NCBI GenBank assembly: GCA_002269645.1
Contig: NIVC01001861.1
Location: 62,001 to 126,000 of the forward strand
DNA from: Macrostomum lignano
Lineage: Eukaryota
Direction: 5' to 3'
DNA length: 64,000 bases
The position numbers and the translations under genes are program-made. Each line of letters starts with the position of its first letter. Positions within the stretch are counted from its first letter, which is position 1. The notes under the pieces are model-generated. The model saw only the letters and a list, made by a program, of their open reading frames with translations. It did no database searches and was not told the DNA's origin. Shown one piece after another: positions 33,701 through 46,629 of the stretch.

Positions 33701-36700
33701 TAGTTGTTAAATTAAATTAAATCAACTTATTATTTATTAAATTAAATTAGTTTCACTTTCTACTGCATTTAAATAGAGTACCTCTTCTATAATTATAGAA
33801 GTATTGTAAAAAGTTTTTTTGGTTTAATTCTGGCTTGCGTCCATTTTTTAGTTTTGATAGATAGTAAGTGTTGATTAATTGCTTTGTCACCTTTTGCCAC
33901 TGGAAATAGCACATGTCGGACATGCAATACTCTTACTTCCCTGCATCCAAAGACTGCTTCTGCTTCTTCAATACTCAAAAACTGAGCTCATGGAGCTTCA
34001 GGTTATGCCATCAGAGTGCTGCTGCCAGTCTTGTATGTGTGTCTTTGGTGGGTAGGATCCCCTTCAGTTTTAGCTACTATGGTGGGCTAACTAGAGGAAC
34101 TGTTGTTGTTGGTGCTGCAGGTGGCACTGCATAGTAGTATTGACACTTTCAGTGATACTGGCAAGGCTTGGACAAAGCTTGTCATTGTCAGAAGGACATG
34201 CGTATGCTGCTAACCAGTGCACTCATTTGACTGGACATGTATCTAGTGCAGTCCAGTGGATTCACTGAGATTGTATGGATTCACTATGATTGTGTAGATC
34301 TGCCTCCTTGCATCACCTCAACCAGGCTCAATTTATTTTGTAGAATTTTTGTGCGCTGCTTAACTGCATCTTGTGCCTGCTGCCAAGTGATGCCAAGAAT
34401 TGTGCCACACAATACATGTACATGTATTTGACTCATAGACCATATATGTATACATATAATATATGTGCACAGCACATGCACTATAAGTTCATTCATTATT
34501 ATATGTCATTGATAGAATTCCTATCACATGAGCTTTTGGTCAATGGACAAACTTGAAATTACTAGAAAAGCTCCAGCCTTCTTTGAGCAGTGCGCTGCAA
34601 ACAAAATATGATTCCTTAGTGCAACCAATTATAAAAGTGTAGTACAGGCTATAGCCTGAAGTAGCCACATGTGTATAAGATGCTAAGGGATGATTTTTGC
34701 ATAGGAGCTACTAATGTTGATAGAACTAGGGGAGGTGAGAGATTCAAAGCAAGGGACGGAAACCATGCATAGTTTGATCATAAGTTTGATTATTGCATGG
34801 GTTCTGGGGACGCAATGAGAGGCAGACGAGAGCTCACTTTTGATCATCAAAGGCTTGGGTGCCATTGCTACTGGTGTTTTAGTGTGCGCATTATGTCTCC
34901 TTATCATATTAAATGTGCATTTGCAGTGTCTTTCTTCATTTAATGTGAAATATTTTCACAAATTTTGCCTACATTTTTGTTTGTCTCTGTTTCTGCATGC
35001 TCATTTGCATTTTTACATCTCATACAACCTCATTTTTCTCAATTAACAAGTGGAATTTTCTTAAAGACTAATTGTTGTTTTAGTTAAGCCAGTAGATTTT
35101 TAGTAATTAATAGAGATTTAGTATATTGTACAGTAATATTTAATATTGTCTAATTTTTCCAAAAAAATCCAATTTATTGAATTAATTGAAATCAATTTGA
35201 ATTATTTCAATTTAATTTGATTCAAATTTATAATAAGTAACTATAATTTTCAATTTTAAGTACTTATAGCCTTATTATAAGTATTAATGTAATAAGTAAC
35301 TTAATTAAAATAAAATCAAGCAAGTTATAGTTTTCAAAAGTTATTGCAAATCAAATATTTATACTAGTGTCCAAATTCCTCTATAAAAGAGTATTTAGTC
35401 GATATGAAGTCTATAATGTGCATTTTTGTTGTTGAAGGATAGTTCTTGATTTATTCTATTATTAGTTACATTTTATTCTATTGTATTCAATGTAAAAATG
35501 AAGAATTCTATTCAACATAAAAATGAACATTATTTTATTGGTTAAATCATCTTGACTTTCAAAAGATATGTATTGTAAACTGTATTTCTAAATTCAACCT
35601 TTTTAAGACGTAAGACTTCTTAATTCAGTGAGTAAGTTAAATTGATCAAAGTCCATTCGAGTGAATGCTAAATAATTTCACACTTTGATTTCTTGCACAT
35701 GATAAATTTAAATGTCTGGGATTTAGAGCAGAGAAACGAAATATTGTGCTCAAAAACATATCCTTTGTCGATTTCTTGTTCTTTTATTATTACAAAAGAA
35801 ATGAAAATGCATATTTTAAATAGAAAATTAATAGAAATTTAAAAAAATATTTTTGTCATTTATCCTCTGTAACAAAGATTAACAAATCAATTGATTTCTT
35901 CTCATAATTAAGTTTTCTTGTGGTTTTAGTAGCAGATACTTATAGAAATTGTCAAAAGAACAATTATTTTTTGTACGATTATTGGTCTATGTACAAACTT
36001 TTTTTTCAATAACAAAAAGTTGTGACCTAGCTTTGAGAATGACCCAGATGTTGACAAATTTGGTTTAACCCATTGCAACATATCAAGCAACTGGAACGAA
36101 TAAGGCTAATTTAGGCCATATGCTATAATTTAAAAATTTTATAAATGACCTTGGTTTTATAGTTTTTTGGAATACTTAGCATGTTTTTTATCCTAGGCCT
36201 AATGCTTTTGTACCAAATGCTAAATTAGAAATAGATCAATGAAGATCAAGAAAAATAGTTTATTGTCAATAAAAGCTACTAGACTTACTTTTATAAAACT
36301 TGCAAAGTTGTCTCAAAATTGAAAGTCAATATATAAAAATATAGAAAGTATAAATACTTGCATATTTCACACTTAAAGCAATCATCATCTAAAATTATAG
36401 TGCCTAATAGCAATCTAATACCCCTTTGGGATGCCTAATAAGCAAAAAACAAATGTTTATGAGAATCCTTTGAAATGAAAACATATTTTCTTAAAGGAAT
36501 TCCTATTTTAGTTTAATAAATCAGCTTATTCAAGTAAAATTATTCAAAAAGTAAAAAATAAATAAACTACATATAGCTTCTAATCTCTTACCTATAACAT
36601 CTTAGTGATTCTTCCCCTTTATAAACCTTAATATCTTAGTAATTCCCTTAGTAAACCTAGACAACTTAGCAATTCCTTCAGTAAACCTAGAAAACTAAGC

Positions 36701-38504
36701 AATTCCCTCAATAAGCCTTCTCAGCTAGATTCTAGAGGGTTACATGTAAGCCAGCATTTTTTAGTATACTATTTAAGAGTTTTGCTATTTTGGCATACTA
36801 TTTTGGTATACCACTTTAAGCTCAAGAATTTTTTGGTATACCATTTTGAGCTCAAATATTTTTTGACATACCACTTTAAGCTTAAGAATTTTTAGGCACA
36901 CAAACTACAATAATTTGTTTTTAAAACTGCTTGCACATGTTAACAACAATGAGAGTTTTTTAAAATGCTATTTTTTATATATAATACTAACAGTACTTTT
37001 GAGGATAAAATGTAAAAAAATGGTTAATCTACATAAATCTTATTGTTAATAATATTTTAACATATAAGACATTACAGAAAAGATTTAGTTTAAATGATAT
37101 TTTGTCACAAAATTGAAAACATATTTCTTTAATAGTTCCTTAGTACAATAAGGTCCTTTATTGTTGCAACTGCAAAAAAGGTGGCATACCATTGGGGTAT
37201 GTTTTTTCCCATAGACAAGAGGCATTTTTTCCAGTGTACCATGCTATACTATCCAAACACTAGCTTCTCAGTACCTTGAAATAATTTATACAAATCAAAT
37301 AAAAAAGCACATTATCTTAAGAACTAATTTCTTCTGTTTTATAAATCACCTTATTCAAGTAAAATTTTCATAGACAAAGATGTTCCTTATAAATCCCTTT
37401 TTTCTTAAAGTAACATAAGGACAAAACAAAATAAAGCCTTCACAAAAATAATAGGCATTCCTCTAAATAGAAAGCATCTCTTAGATACCAAATGTCCTCC
37501 AAATAGCAAGCATTTCCAGATGGCAAGCAAACCTATATAGCAAACATCCCTTAGATAGCAAGTATCCCACAGATAGCAAGTGGCTAATGCAACAATTTTC
37601 TGAGCTAGTGCAATAATCATTTTTGCATATAGTGCAATAATTATTTTTTATCAAGTGCTTCATTTGATATTGCACTATCACTATGCAATATAAAAAACAA
37701 TGTTGCACCCTAAGAGTTATGGCAATGGTTGTGGCTATTATATTATACTTTAAAATTTTTGGCTATGGCCCTTTGCTTAAGTCCCGTCCCCATTTTCATA
37801 AAATTTGCCTAAAAATAAGATATACCATCCAATAATTTTGAATTAAAAAATGGGGCTTCACCTTGGCTAATGAATGCCTAGACCTAAGTATCTAGATTAC
37901 AAATGCAAATGTTAGTGTTGCATCAATAGGATCTTAAATATAGTTATAGCCAATGTTAAGGTTGCAGAAGTCATAGACTTCTATGTATAGTAGCTATTTA
38001 GGATTTTTAGTTTGAAAAATTCACCAAAGTTTGTGTTTATCTAGTTCAGTCATAATATTTTATAATGCTATCAACCAGGAAATTTATAATTTAAATAGCA
38101 AACTCAACTATCTAAGTTAGAAAAATATTAAATTGCAGACACATCAAGTTATTTTAGATATCTGTTATCTTGGTATATAGACCTATAGTATATAGCTAAA
38201 TAAGAGTCTTTGGAAAAAGCTATCACAAGCTAATATATCTTCATAGTTGTAGCTAAGGGAGCGCATATCTGTAGCTGTGGATGTAGTTCTGATAATGCAC
38301 TAGTTTTTAGTGTATTTGTGTCTAGTGATAGACATCAATAGAGACAGCATAGGACCTACACCAAGCAAGCTAGAGGCAATCACCCCCAAAGGTATAGAAA
38401 ATCTCACTGATTAATCATTGATCATCATGATAAAAACAGCACTAAAACCAACATCCTATAATCTATGCAACTTCAAGCCTGCAATAACAATTATTCCCCA
38501 GCAA

Positions 38505-39191
38505 ATGTCGGCACTCATTGACAAGTCAGTCTGTGTGCGGCTAACTCCAGCTTTGCTGGCCTTCCTGCGCAATGCCGCCACAGCACCGGATGGCCAGCTG
38601 ACCGCAGACTGTCTCAGCAGTATTAGACGCATCCTAGATAGTGTCGAAAGCAACAATGAAGCCAGCAGCTGCGGCGTCAGTTTCGCACTGATTAAATCGG
38701 TGCGCGACTGTCTGGCGTCGAATGCCAAACAGTCGCCGCCGCCGCCTCCACTGTGGCGCCTGCTAGTCGGCAGCGAATTGCTGCTGCCTAAGCCGCCTGA
38801 TCGGCCGCCGAATCCGGAGCTGGCAGCCCGGCTGGAGCGACTGCGAGCTGAGCAGGCGCAACGCGAATACGATCGAATGACCGCCGATGTTCGCTCGACG
38901 CCGCTGGGCAGTTCGTATCGTAATCGACAATTCCATGATGCTGACGACAGTCTTGGCAGCCAGTTGCGCATGGTGAACAGGCAGCTGGCTACTGTGGTTA
39001 ATTTTCTATTGACAGTTGGGGCGGCGTTCGCTTTCGGTTACAAGGCCTGCGAATTGGCTAGCAGCGAGCGTTCGGCCCCATTGGTGTACAAAATGGCCGC
39101 AGGCTTGCTGCTGGCCGCCGTTGTGTTCTTTGCCGATTTGTACTTTGTTGTTAAGCTGGACTATTTGTCTGGAAAGAAGAAAGCTGATTGA
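38505..39191 (+). CDS. TMEM199: V-ATPase assembly factor TMEM199/Vma12 (single coding exon)
   Basis: PNPELAARLERLRAEQAQREYDRMTADV, two C-terminal TM segments (VVNFLLTVGAAFAFGY; LLLAAVVFFADLYFVV) and a KKxx-type C-terminus KKAD. A TTCCCCAG acceptor lies 3 nt before the ATG. Confidence 0.92.
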   Translation: MSALIDKSVCVRLTPALLAFLRNAATAPDGQLTADCLSSIRRILDSVESNNEASSCGVSFALIKSVRDCLASNAKQSPPPPPLWRLLVGSELLLPKPPDRPPNPELAARLERLRAEQAQREYDRMTADVRSTPLGSSYRNRQFHDADDSLGSQLRMVNRQLATVVNFLLTVGAAFAFGYKACELASSERSAPLVYKMAAGLLLAAVVFFADLYFVVKLDYLSGKKKAD

Positions 39192-39265
39192 TAGGAGTTT
39201 ACTTGACCGTCACAGCGTGTTTAGCGTTTAGAAGATGCCCATAGCTAAGAGTCTGAGCCATCTTT

Positions 39266-39545
39266 GAGTCTGACCCAATCTGAGAATCACCCCCGTGAGA
39301 GTCTGACCCAATCTGATAATCACCCCCGTGAGAGTCTGACCCAATCTGATAATCACCCCCGTGAGAGTCTGACCCAATCTGAGAATCACCCCGTGAGAGC
39401 CTGACCCAATCTGAGAATCACCCCCGTGAGAGCCTGACCCAATCTGAGAATCACCCCGTGAGAGCCTGACCCAATCTGATAATCACCCCGTGAGAGTCTG
39501 ACCCAATCTGATAATCACCCGTGAGAGTCACACCTAATCTGGGAA
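39266..39545. repeat. 32-33-bp minisatellite
   Basis: GAGTCTGACCCAATCTGA(G/T)AATCACCCCCGTGA, about 8 copies. Confidence 0.93.
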
Positions 39546-40319
39546 TCGCCCATTAGTCTCAACAAATCTAAGAATTTCCACATTGATTCTCATGGTGAGA
39601 GTCTCATCCATCTTAAAAATCACCTTCACCTACTAGAGGTGTATTCTGGTTATCATTTTGACATTTATATATATTTATATTCTGGTGTAATTGCTTGCCT
39701 GTAAATTATATAAAACAGTTATACAAGCTCCCTGGAAAACTTGTTGTTCGCTCTTTTTGTACTAGGTATCGTTTTTTCTGGTGTGATAATTGTTGTAATT
39801 ATGCATAATAAACCTTCTAGTTTGATTTATTTACTGTCTGTCATTATCTTTTGTTTTATTTCAATCGCAAAAATTAAAAAAGAAAGCTTTTATACAAGGG
39901 TCTTCACCTGCAATCGGCGATGCGGGAATTGACTTTTGGGAACAGCCAAAAATGTTTGCCGGTGCAAAATCAGGCGAGTATTATGGTTACCTGGTTGCCG
40001 CATCTGGCTAGGTTGTCCTTGTAGGGAATCCACATAGCTGCAGATCATAGGCCATGACGTCATCAATGTTGGTCTTGGATTATTCCCCGTGTCTTTTACA
40101 AGCTTTCTTTCACCATAAGACGTCTGTGCTCTCGTCTGCTCTCTCCTTCAAGTGCTACAGTGAAAAACAGTGAACAGTTTTTACAAGAGCTGGTATATAT
40201 GTTCGGAGTATGAGTGTGAATCCCCGCTATGAATAATAATTATCAGTATCATATGGAATTGCACCAGCTGTAGGGGCAATAACCATGGAAACCAATTGCT
40301 ATTTGCAGCCAGGCCAGCA

Positions 40320-43300
40320 ATGGACGGCGGTCTGGACATTGACCCGGCGCTTGTCCGGCCGTCGAGGCACACTCTCTACCTGCGCGGCTTTCGGCCAAAC
40401 GTCCGACCGGACGATATTCGTCGATACTTTGTCGATCGCGGCCACGCCTGCAGCCTGGTGTTTCAGGTCAATAAGCGAGGCGTGCTGAACGTAGCGCTGC
40501 GTTTCGACTCGCACGAGGAAGCTGATCAGGTGCGCAAAACCTAACATTGTGATTTATTACTTTTCTGTTGATTTTTGCGGCCTCCTAAAACTGCTTAAAA
40601 GTTGTCTTTTTTGAAACAAAATAGTCAAATGAGACAAAATAGTCTCAAAAATCGATTCGTTTCAAAAATAAATTTCACCTTGTCCCCTAATGGCCAGATG
40701 TGCAACCGACAGCTCAGCCGCAGCTATTGCGCGGCGCATCTGAAGGCTGCGTACGGCTGTTCAGTCCAAGGAGTGGGGGGTCGCCACACACACCCTCAAT
40801 TACCCCAGCTAATGCTGGCACCCATTTTACAGCTGGGTGAACTGAAGCGATGCAGAGTTAAGTGTCTTGCTCAAGGCCACAAATTGTTCCAGTGGGATCG
40901 GGAATCGAACCCGCGACCTTCAAGTCATGAGTCCGACGCTCTGACCACTAGGCTGAAACCCTAAAATAAACAAAACTTCCAATTGTGACAAACAAATTTG
41001 TAGATTTGAAGGAGATGAACGAAAGCACATTGAACGTGTCAGAGGAAACAAATGATATTTCATTCTGAGTCTGAGGGAATATCCCTTCTGAGTCTTTAGT
41101 CGTCAGAAGACATGTACACTCTGAGGCTTGGGGGCTGGCCCTCATGAGTGTCAATCGCTAGGCAACCCCTGAGGCTTGGGGGCTGGCCCTCATGAGTGTC
41201 AATCGCACGGCAACCCCTGAGGCTTGGGGGCTGGCCCTCATGAGTGTCAATCGCACGGCAACCCCTGAGGCTTGGGGGCTGGCCCTCATGAGTGTCAATC
41301 GCACGGCAACCCCTGATCATTTTTGTACACAAGTCTCAAATTAATCTGGCCGCGCAACGAATCGAACCAACCGGGTGTCGTGGTGCGAGAGTCCGACAGG
41401 TTTCCCTAGTTACTATATACGTACAATGTCTTTTTCCCAAGGACTACTAAAGTACATAGAAGATTCTCGTTTCTTGGAAACTTTTGAAGATAGAAGATGA
41501 GCTTTTGATCTGCTGCTAATGTAGCGACAGAGATGCTTATATTGATAGAGAGCTATCACTCATTTTAGTATATACGATGCTTTTTCTTATCTCTCATCGT
41601 AGTATCCCGTCCATCTACTTGTGTTTGTTGTCCTTGCCTTTCCCTCTGAATTCTCTCAATCGGCACTTTTATTCACTCATTAAAAATTCCATCAAAACCG
41701 TAATCCCTGCCAGTTGTTGAAACGCTACGGCGACGGTCGCTTCAATATTCTCGGCTCTCGGCCTAGCATAGTTTGGTTCAAGGACTTGCAGGCGGCTAGG
41801 GAACGGGTGCGCAACGATCCCAATCTTCGGCGTCGCCTAGAACAGCGCGGCGTCTTGCCGCCTTCTTCGTCGAACTATTCGTCGGCTGTTCACTCGCTAT
41901 CGTCAAACCTGGCAAACCGACTCGGCAGCGGCGCCGGTAGACAGCGGCGCGCCGGAGGCGGCGACTACGACAGCGGCTATCAGCGCGACGAGCATCGGGA
42001 CGAGTCGCCGCCGCCAGCTTCGCCAAAGTCTTCGCACTCTTCGCGTTCGCGATCTGTTCTCAGTGCCGGTGGCGGAAGCGAATCTAGGTAAGTCCATAAG
42101 CTCCTGCCCCTCACTGTACACTGGCCCCAGCCAACTTCTGCCCTCAATGTACACTGGCCCCAGCCAACTCCTGCCCTCAATGTACACTGGCCCCAGCCAA
42201 CTTCTGCCCTCAATGTACACTGGCCCCAGCCAACTCCTGCACCTCACTGTACACTGGCCCCAGCCAACTTCTGCCCTCAATGTACACTGGCCCCAGCCAA
42301 CTCCTGCCCTCAATGTACACTGGCCCCAGCCAACTTCTGCCCTCAATGTACACTGGCCCCAGCCAACTCCTGCACCTCACTGTACACTGGCCCCAGCCAA
42401 CTCCTGCCCCTCACTGTACACTGGCCCCAGCCAACTTCTGCCCCTCACTGTACACTGTTCCCAGCAACTTCTGCCCCTCACTGTACACTGGCCCCAGCCA
42501 ACTCCTGCCCCTCACTGTACACTGGCCCCAGCCAACTTCTGCCCCTCACTGTACACTGGCCCCAGCCAACTTCTGCCCCTCACTGTACACTGGTCTCAGC
42601 CAACTTCTGCCCCTCACTGTACACTGGCCCCAGCCAACTTCTGCCCCTCACTGTACACTGGCCCCAGCCAGCTTCTGCCCCTCACTGTACACTGGCCCCA
42701 GCCAACTTCTGCCCCTCACTGTACACTGGCCCCAGCCAACTTCTGCCCCTCACTGTACACTGGTCCCAGCCAACTTCTGCCCCTCACTGTACACTGGCCC
42801 CAGCCAACTTCTGCCCCTCACTGTACACTGGCCCCAGCCAACTTCTGCCCCTCACTGTACACTGGCCCCAGCCAACTTCTGCCCCTCACTGTACACTGGC
42901 CCCAGCCAACTTCTGCCCCTCACTGTACACTGGCCCCAGCCAACTTCTGCCCCTCACTGTACACTGGCCCCAGCCAACTTCTGCCCCTCACTGTACACTG
43001 GCCCCAGCCAACTCCTGCCCCTCCGCAATGTGCACTAACGCAGATCGAAACATCGTCCAGTGCCGCCGTCAGCTCCCCTGCATAGGCGAGAGTCGCCGCC
43101 GTCGCCTATTTCGCCCTCGGCAAACGCTCGATCTCGTTCCCGTTCGCCGTTGCCTGAGCCGGAGGCGACAACAGCTACCGCCGCTGAACTGGTTCGACGT
43201 CGGAAAGCCGACATTGAAGCGATGTATCGAAAGGATTGTGAGACATTCGCCACCGTAGTGAAGATGCTGCTGCGTCACGACCCCAGTCTGGACGGTCCCA

Positions 43301-43449
43301 TTCAATTAGCGTTAAAAGCCGCCCTGAGAGACATTGGAAATCAAAGTGTAGACGAATTGCGTGACTATATTCAAAGTATTCAAGCTGCCAGCGCGCAGGC
43401 TAGCAATAGCGCTAATGATCGTCAGCTGTCTGGCTCAGCTGATGGCTGA
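40320..43449 (+). CDS. PPHLN1: Periphilin-like protein with N-terminal RRM (~315 aa)
   Basis: Exons 40320-40529, 41714-42087 and 43086-43449 (phases 0, 2). The C-terminus RKADIEAMYRKDCETFATVVKMLLRHDPSLDGPIQLALKAALRDIGNQSVDELRDYI matches the periphilin C-terminal domain. The N-terminus is RRM-like (TLYLRGFRPNVRPDDIRRYF...VALRFDSHEEA), followed by an R/S-rich linker. Confidence 0.88.
40685..40961 (-). mobile_element. tRNA-derived CORE-type SINE, copy 2 (intron 1 of the periphilin gene)
   Basis: Aligns with 4325-4634. Confidence 0.87.
41120..41316. repeat. 48-bp minisatellite x4 (intronic)
   Basis: CTGAGGCTTGGGGGCTGGCCCTCATGAGTGTCAATCGCACGGCAACCC unit. Confidence 0.93.
41438..41490. mobile_element. 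Diverged solo end related to the P-like MITE at 193-647
   Basis: CAAGGACTACTAAAGTA...CTCGTTTCTTGGAAACTTTTGAAG resembles the TIR CAAGGACGACTTAAGTA...CTCGTTTCTTAGAAAATTTTAGAAG. Confidence 0.5.
42104..43022. repeat. 34-bp minisatellite filling intron 2 of the periphilin gene
   Basis: CTCACTGTACACTGGCCCCAGCCAACTTCTGCCC, about 27 copies. Confidence 0.97.
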
Positions 43450-43519
43450 CGCAACGATTTTAGCTGTTATTATTACTGTGTACGGCAGGCAATGAGCCCT
43501 GCTTTTGTGGAGTTGAAGC

Positions 43520-44750
43520 GTGGAATTACTGCAGAAACAAGGGGAATTACTGCAGAAACAAGGGAAATTACTGCAGAAACAAGGGGAATTACTGCAGAAA
43601 CAAGGGGAATTACTGCAAAAACAAGGAGAATTACTGCAGAAACAAGGAGAATTACTGCAGAAACAAGGGGAATTACTGAAGGAACAAGGGGAATTACTGC
43701 AGAAACAATGAGAATTACTGAAAGAACAAGGGGAATTACTGCAGAAACAAGGAGAATTACTGCAGAAACAAGGGGAATTACTGAAGGAACAAGGGGAATT
43801 ACTGCAGAAACAAGGGGAATTACTGCAGAAACAAGGGGAATTACTGCAGAAACAAGGGGAATTACTGCAAAAACAAGGAGAATTACTGCAGAAACAAGGA
43901 GAATTACTGCAGAAACAAGGGGAATTACTGAAGGAACAAGGGGAATTACTGCAGAAACAATGAGAATTACTGAAAGAACAAGGGGAATTACTGCAGAAAC
44001 AAGGAGAATTACTGCAGAAACAAGGGGAATTACTGAAGGAACAAGGGGAATTACTGCAGAAACAAGGGGAATTACTGCAGAAACAAGGGGAATTACTGCA
44101 GAAACAAGGGGAATTACTGCAAAAACAAGGAGAATTACTGCAGAAACAAGGAGAATTACTGCAGAAACAAGGGGAATTACTGAAGGAACAAGGGGAATTA
44201 CTGCAGAAACAAGGAGAATTACTGAAAGAACAAGGGGAATTACTGCAGAAACAAAGAGAATTACGGAATAAACAAGGGGAATTACTGCAGAAACAATGAG
44301 AATTACTGCAGAAACAAGGAGAATTACTGCAGAAACAAGGGGAATTACTGCAGAAACAAGGAGAATTACTGCAGAAACAAGGGGAATTACTGCAGAAACA
44401 TGGGGAATTACTGAAAGAACAAGGGGAATTACTTCAGAAACAAGGAGAATTACTGCAAAAACAAGGGGAATTACTGAAGGAACAAGGGGAATTACTGCAT
44501 AAACAAAGAGAATTACTGCAGAAACAAGGAGAATTACTGCAGAAACAAGGGGAGTTACTGCAGAAACAAGGGGAATTACTGCAAAAACAAAGGGAATTAC
44601 TGAAGGAACAAGGGGAATTACTGAAGGAACAAGGGGAATTACGAGTACTGCAGAAACAAGGAGAATTATTGAAGAAACAAGGCTAATTACTGAAGAAACA
44701 AGGCTAATTACTGAAGGAACAAGGAGAATTACTGCAGAAACAAGGGGAAT
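43520..44750. repeat. 21-bp minisatellite
   Basis: GGAATTACTGCAGAAACAAGG with variants arranged in larger duplicated blocks. Confidence 0.97.
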
Positions 44751-45845
44751 TACAAAGTTACTGAAGGCACAACGGAGAGAACTGTGAGGCAGCAGTCTTG
44801 ATTTTTGTATGCATCGCATTACAACAAACAGCGCATATTTTATCAAGCATCTAAATTAATTTTTCGTGTGCATCATTTTTATGCTATATAAACTCCATAC
44901 AGTCTATACTTGCATGCTACTTCTCACTAGTAATAAGTAATATCATTAGTTCTATGACCCATTCAAAGTCTTTTAATTAAATTATTTCTACTCTATTTTG
45001 AGGATAATTTATTGCTTAATAACATCCCAACGCTCTCCCAATAAAATTCATTTGAATAACTATTGTGTGGCATCCCCTAGTGCAAGCGCGATTCTAAATT
45101 TATTCTGGCTTTTGGTGTATATTATTCAACATGTTTGTTTTATAGTACGAGTTATTGCTTAATCTTGCTTGTTGCTTCAGACAACACTACGAGAGATAAT
45201 AGATTAAAGTTACTCGAAAACCTGCATGTGCAGAGACTGCCCTACTTCTTAACATGTTTGCATTGCCAATTTGAAAACTGCACTTAGCTTCGCCAAAAGA
45301 ATTGACTTGACTGTAAAACAATTTTTCTTCACTTTTCTTTTCTTCAATTTTTCTTTCCCCAATTATCAATAATATAACGGTTTAGCAAGCTAAACTAAAT
45401 CGCATTGAAGCGAATTAAGGCTGGTTTTGGTTTGGAATTTGTGTAATTATGTTGATGTTCACGTTTTAGCGAATTCTGCCGCTGTCGCTACAACAATAAG
45501 AAGTTTAAAGGACTCCAGTTTTATCTTTACATTGATAGGAATTTTATTTAGGCTTATGATATGCACTTGTAATGTAAAAGTATCAGCGTATTTTTTAAAG
45601 TACTGCCATACTATAAAAGTACTTAGGTACTTTAAAAAGTTGTGTACTTGAAAATAATTCTAGTGTTACTTTGAAGTACGTGTGTACTTGTGAGTACGTG
45701 TGTACTTGCAAGTACGTCTGTACTCAAAAAGTACTTGCGTACTCTAAAAGTACTTGCGTACTCTAAAAGTACTTACGTACTCGTAAAGTGCTTGTGTACT
45801 TGATCTTCTATTACTTAGTGATACCTTAACCCATCCTGCTTGCAG

Positions 45846-46160
45846 GCAGTCCTAATCACGTGGCTCATCCGAGCTAGCAAGCTCGGCCTTGTCGGCGGCG
45901 CACTCTGGGCCACTCACTCGGCCGGCGTTTGGAGCCTGCAGCCCGGCGTGCCAAATCCGGCCGCATCTAGACTGCGTCGGGACATTCTGCCCGAGGCGGC
46001 CGCGGCGGTGGATTCTGTGCCCAGTGCCGGCCAGCTTGTCGACCAGGCGGCCGGACAGTGGAATGACGGCGTGTCGGCCGCCTGCTCGTGGCTGGCGCGG
46101 GCACCCTCCAGCCTCACCGACGCTTGTCGGGGTCTTTTAGTTTCTCAACGATCGGAATAA
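45846..46160 (+). CDS. MICOS13: MICOS subunit MIC13/QIL1 (main exon; start-codon exon not resolved)
   Basis: KLGLVGGALWATHSAGVW (GxxxG) and WNDGV...LARAP match the QIL1 family. Acceptor CTTGCAG lies at 45845. Confidence 0.8.
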   Translation, partial: AVLITWLIRASKLGLVGGALWATHSAGVWSLQPGVPNPAASRLRRDILPEAAAAVDSVPSAGQLVDQAAGQWNDGVSAACSWLARAPSSLTDACRGLLVSQRSE

Positions 46161-46629
46161 ATAACAGAGACTATTAAGTTCTACCTATTTTCATGTGTTT
46201 AATACGATCCTTCTTTGAAAGCGGCATAAAAGTGCGCAAGTAAAGCACTTTTAAAAACAATTACACTCTCGATAATTGGTTGGAATGGGATTTTTCAGAG
46301 CAAATGAGTCCCACAGGATCTCAGCTCTTTCACAGTTTCACATTATATAATCTGGATCTGGCCCGCTGAACCAACCTAAGAATTTTGCTCATTTTATAAA
46401 CTGTCAAAGAAGTATGCTGCTCGAGAAGCACTGCCTACTATAACATAGTAAATAGATCGACTATATATTATATAAAGCGATTCTTGGCGCTTGGCACCTT
46501 GCTTTTGTTTCGTTTTTTTTCATTTTAGTAGTCCGCACCCTCGGAACTTCAATATGAAGTTTCGGAGTTCTGTCGAAAATGTAAAGTGTCGGAAATTCAG
46601 TGATTTGAAGTGTCGGAATTGTAAAGTTT

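Noticed and set aside
33790-35000. BED-finger or transposase fossil on the minus strand (*KYFTLNEERHCKC)
   Set aside because: A single weak motif amid many stops; superfamily cannot be supported by eye.
42063-43085. 340-aa and 252-aa Pro/Thr-rich ORFs
   Set aside because: 34-bp array lying inside a GT-AG intron of the periphilin gene.
43473-44846. 457-aa hydrophobic membrane-protein-like ORF
   Set aside because: Antisense reading of a 21-bp repeat; no non-repetitive domain. Kept only as a low-interest finding.
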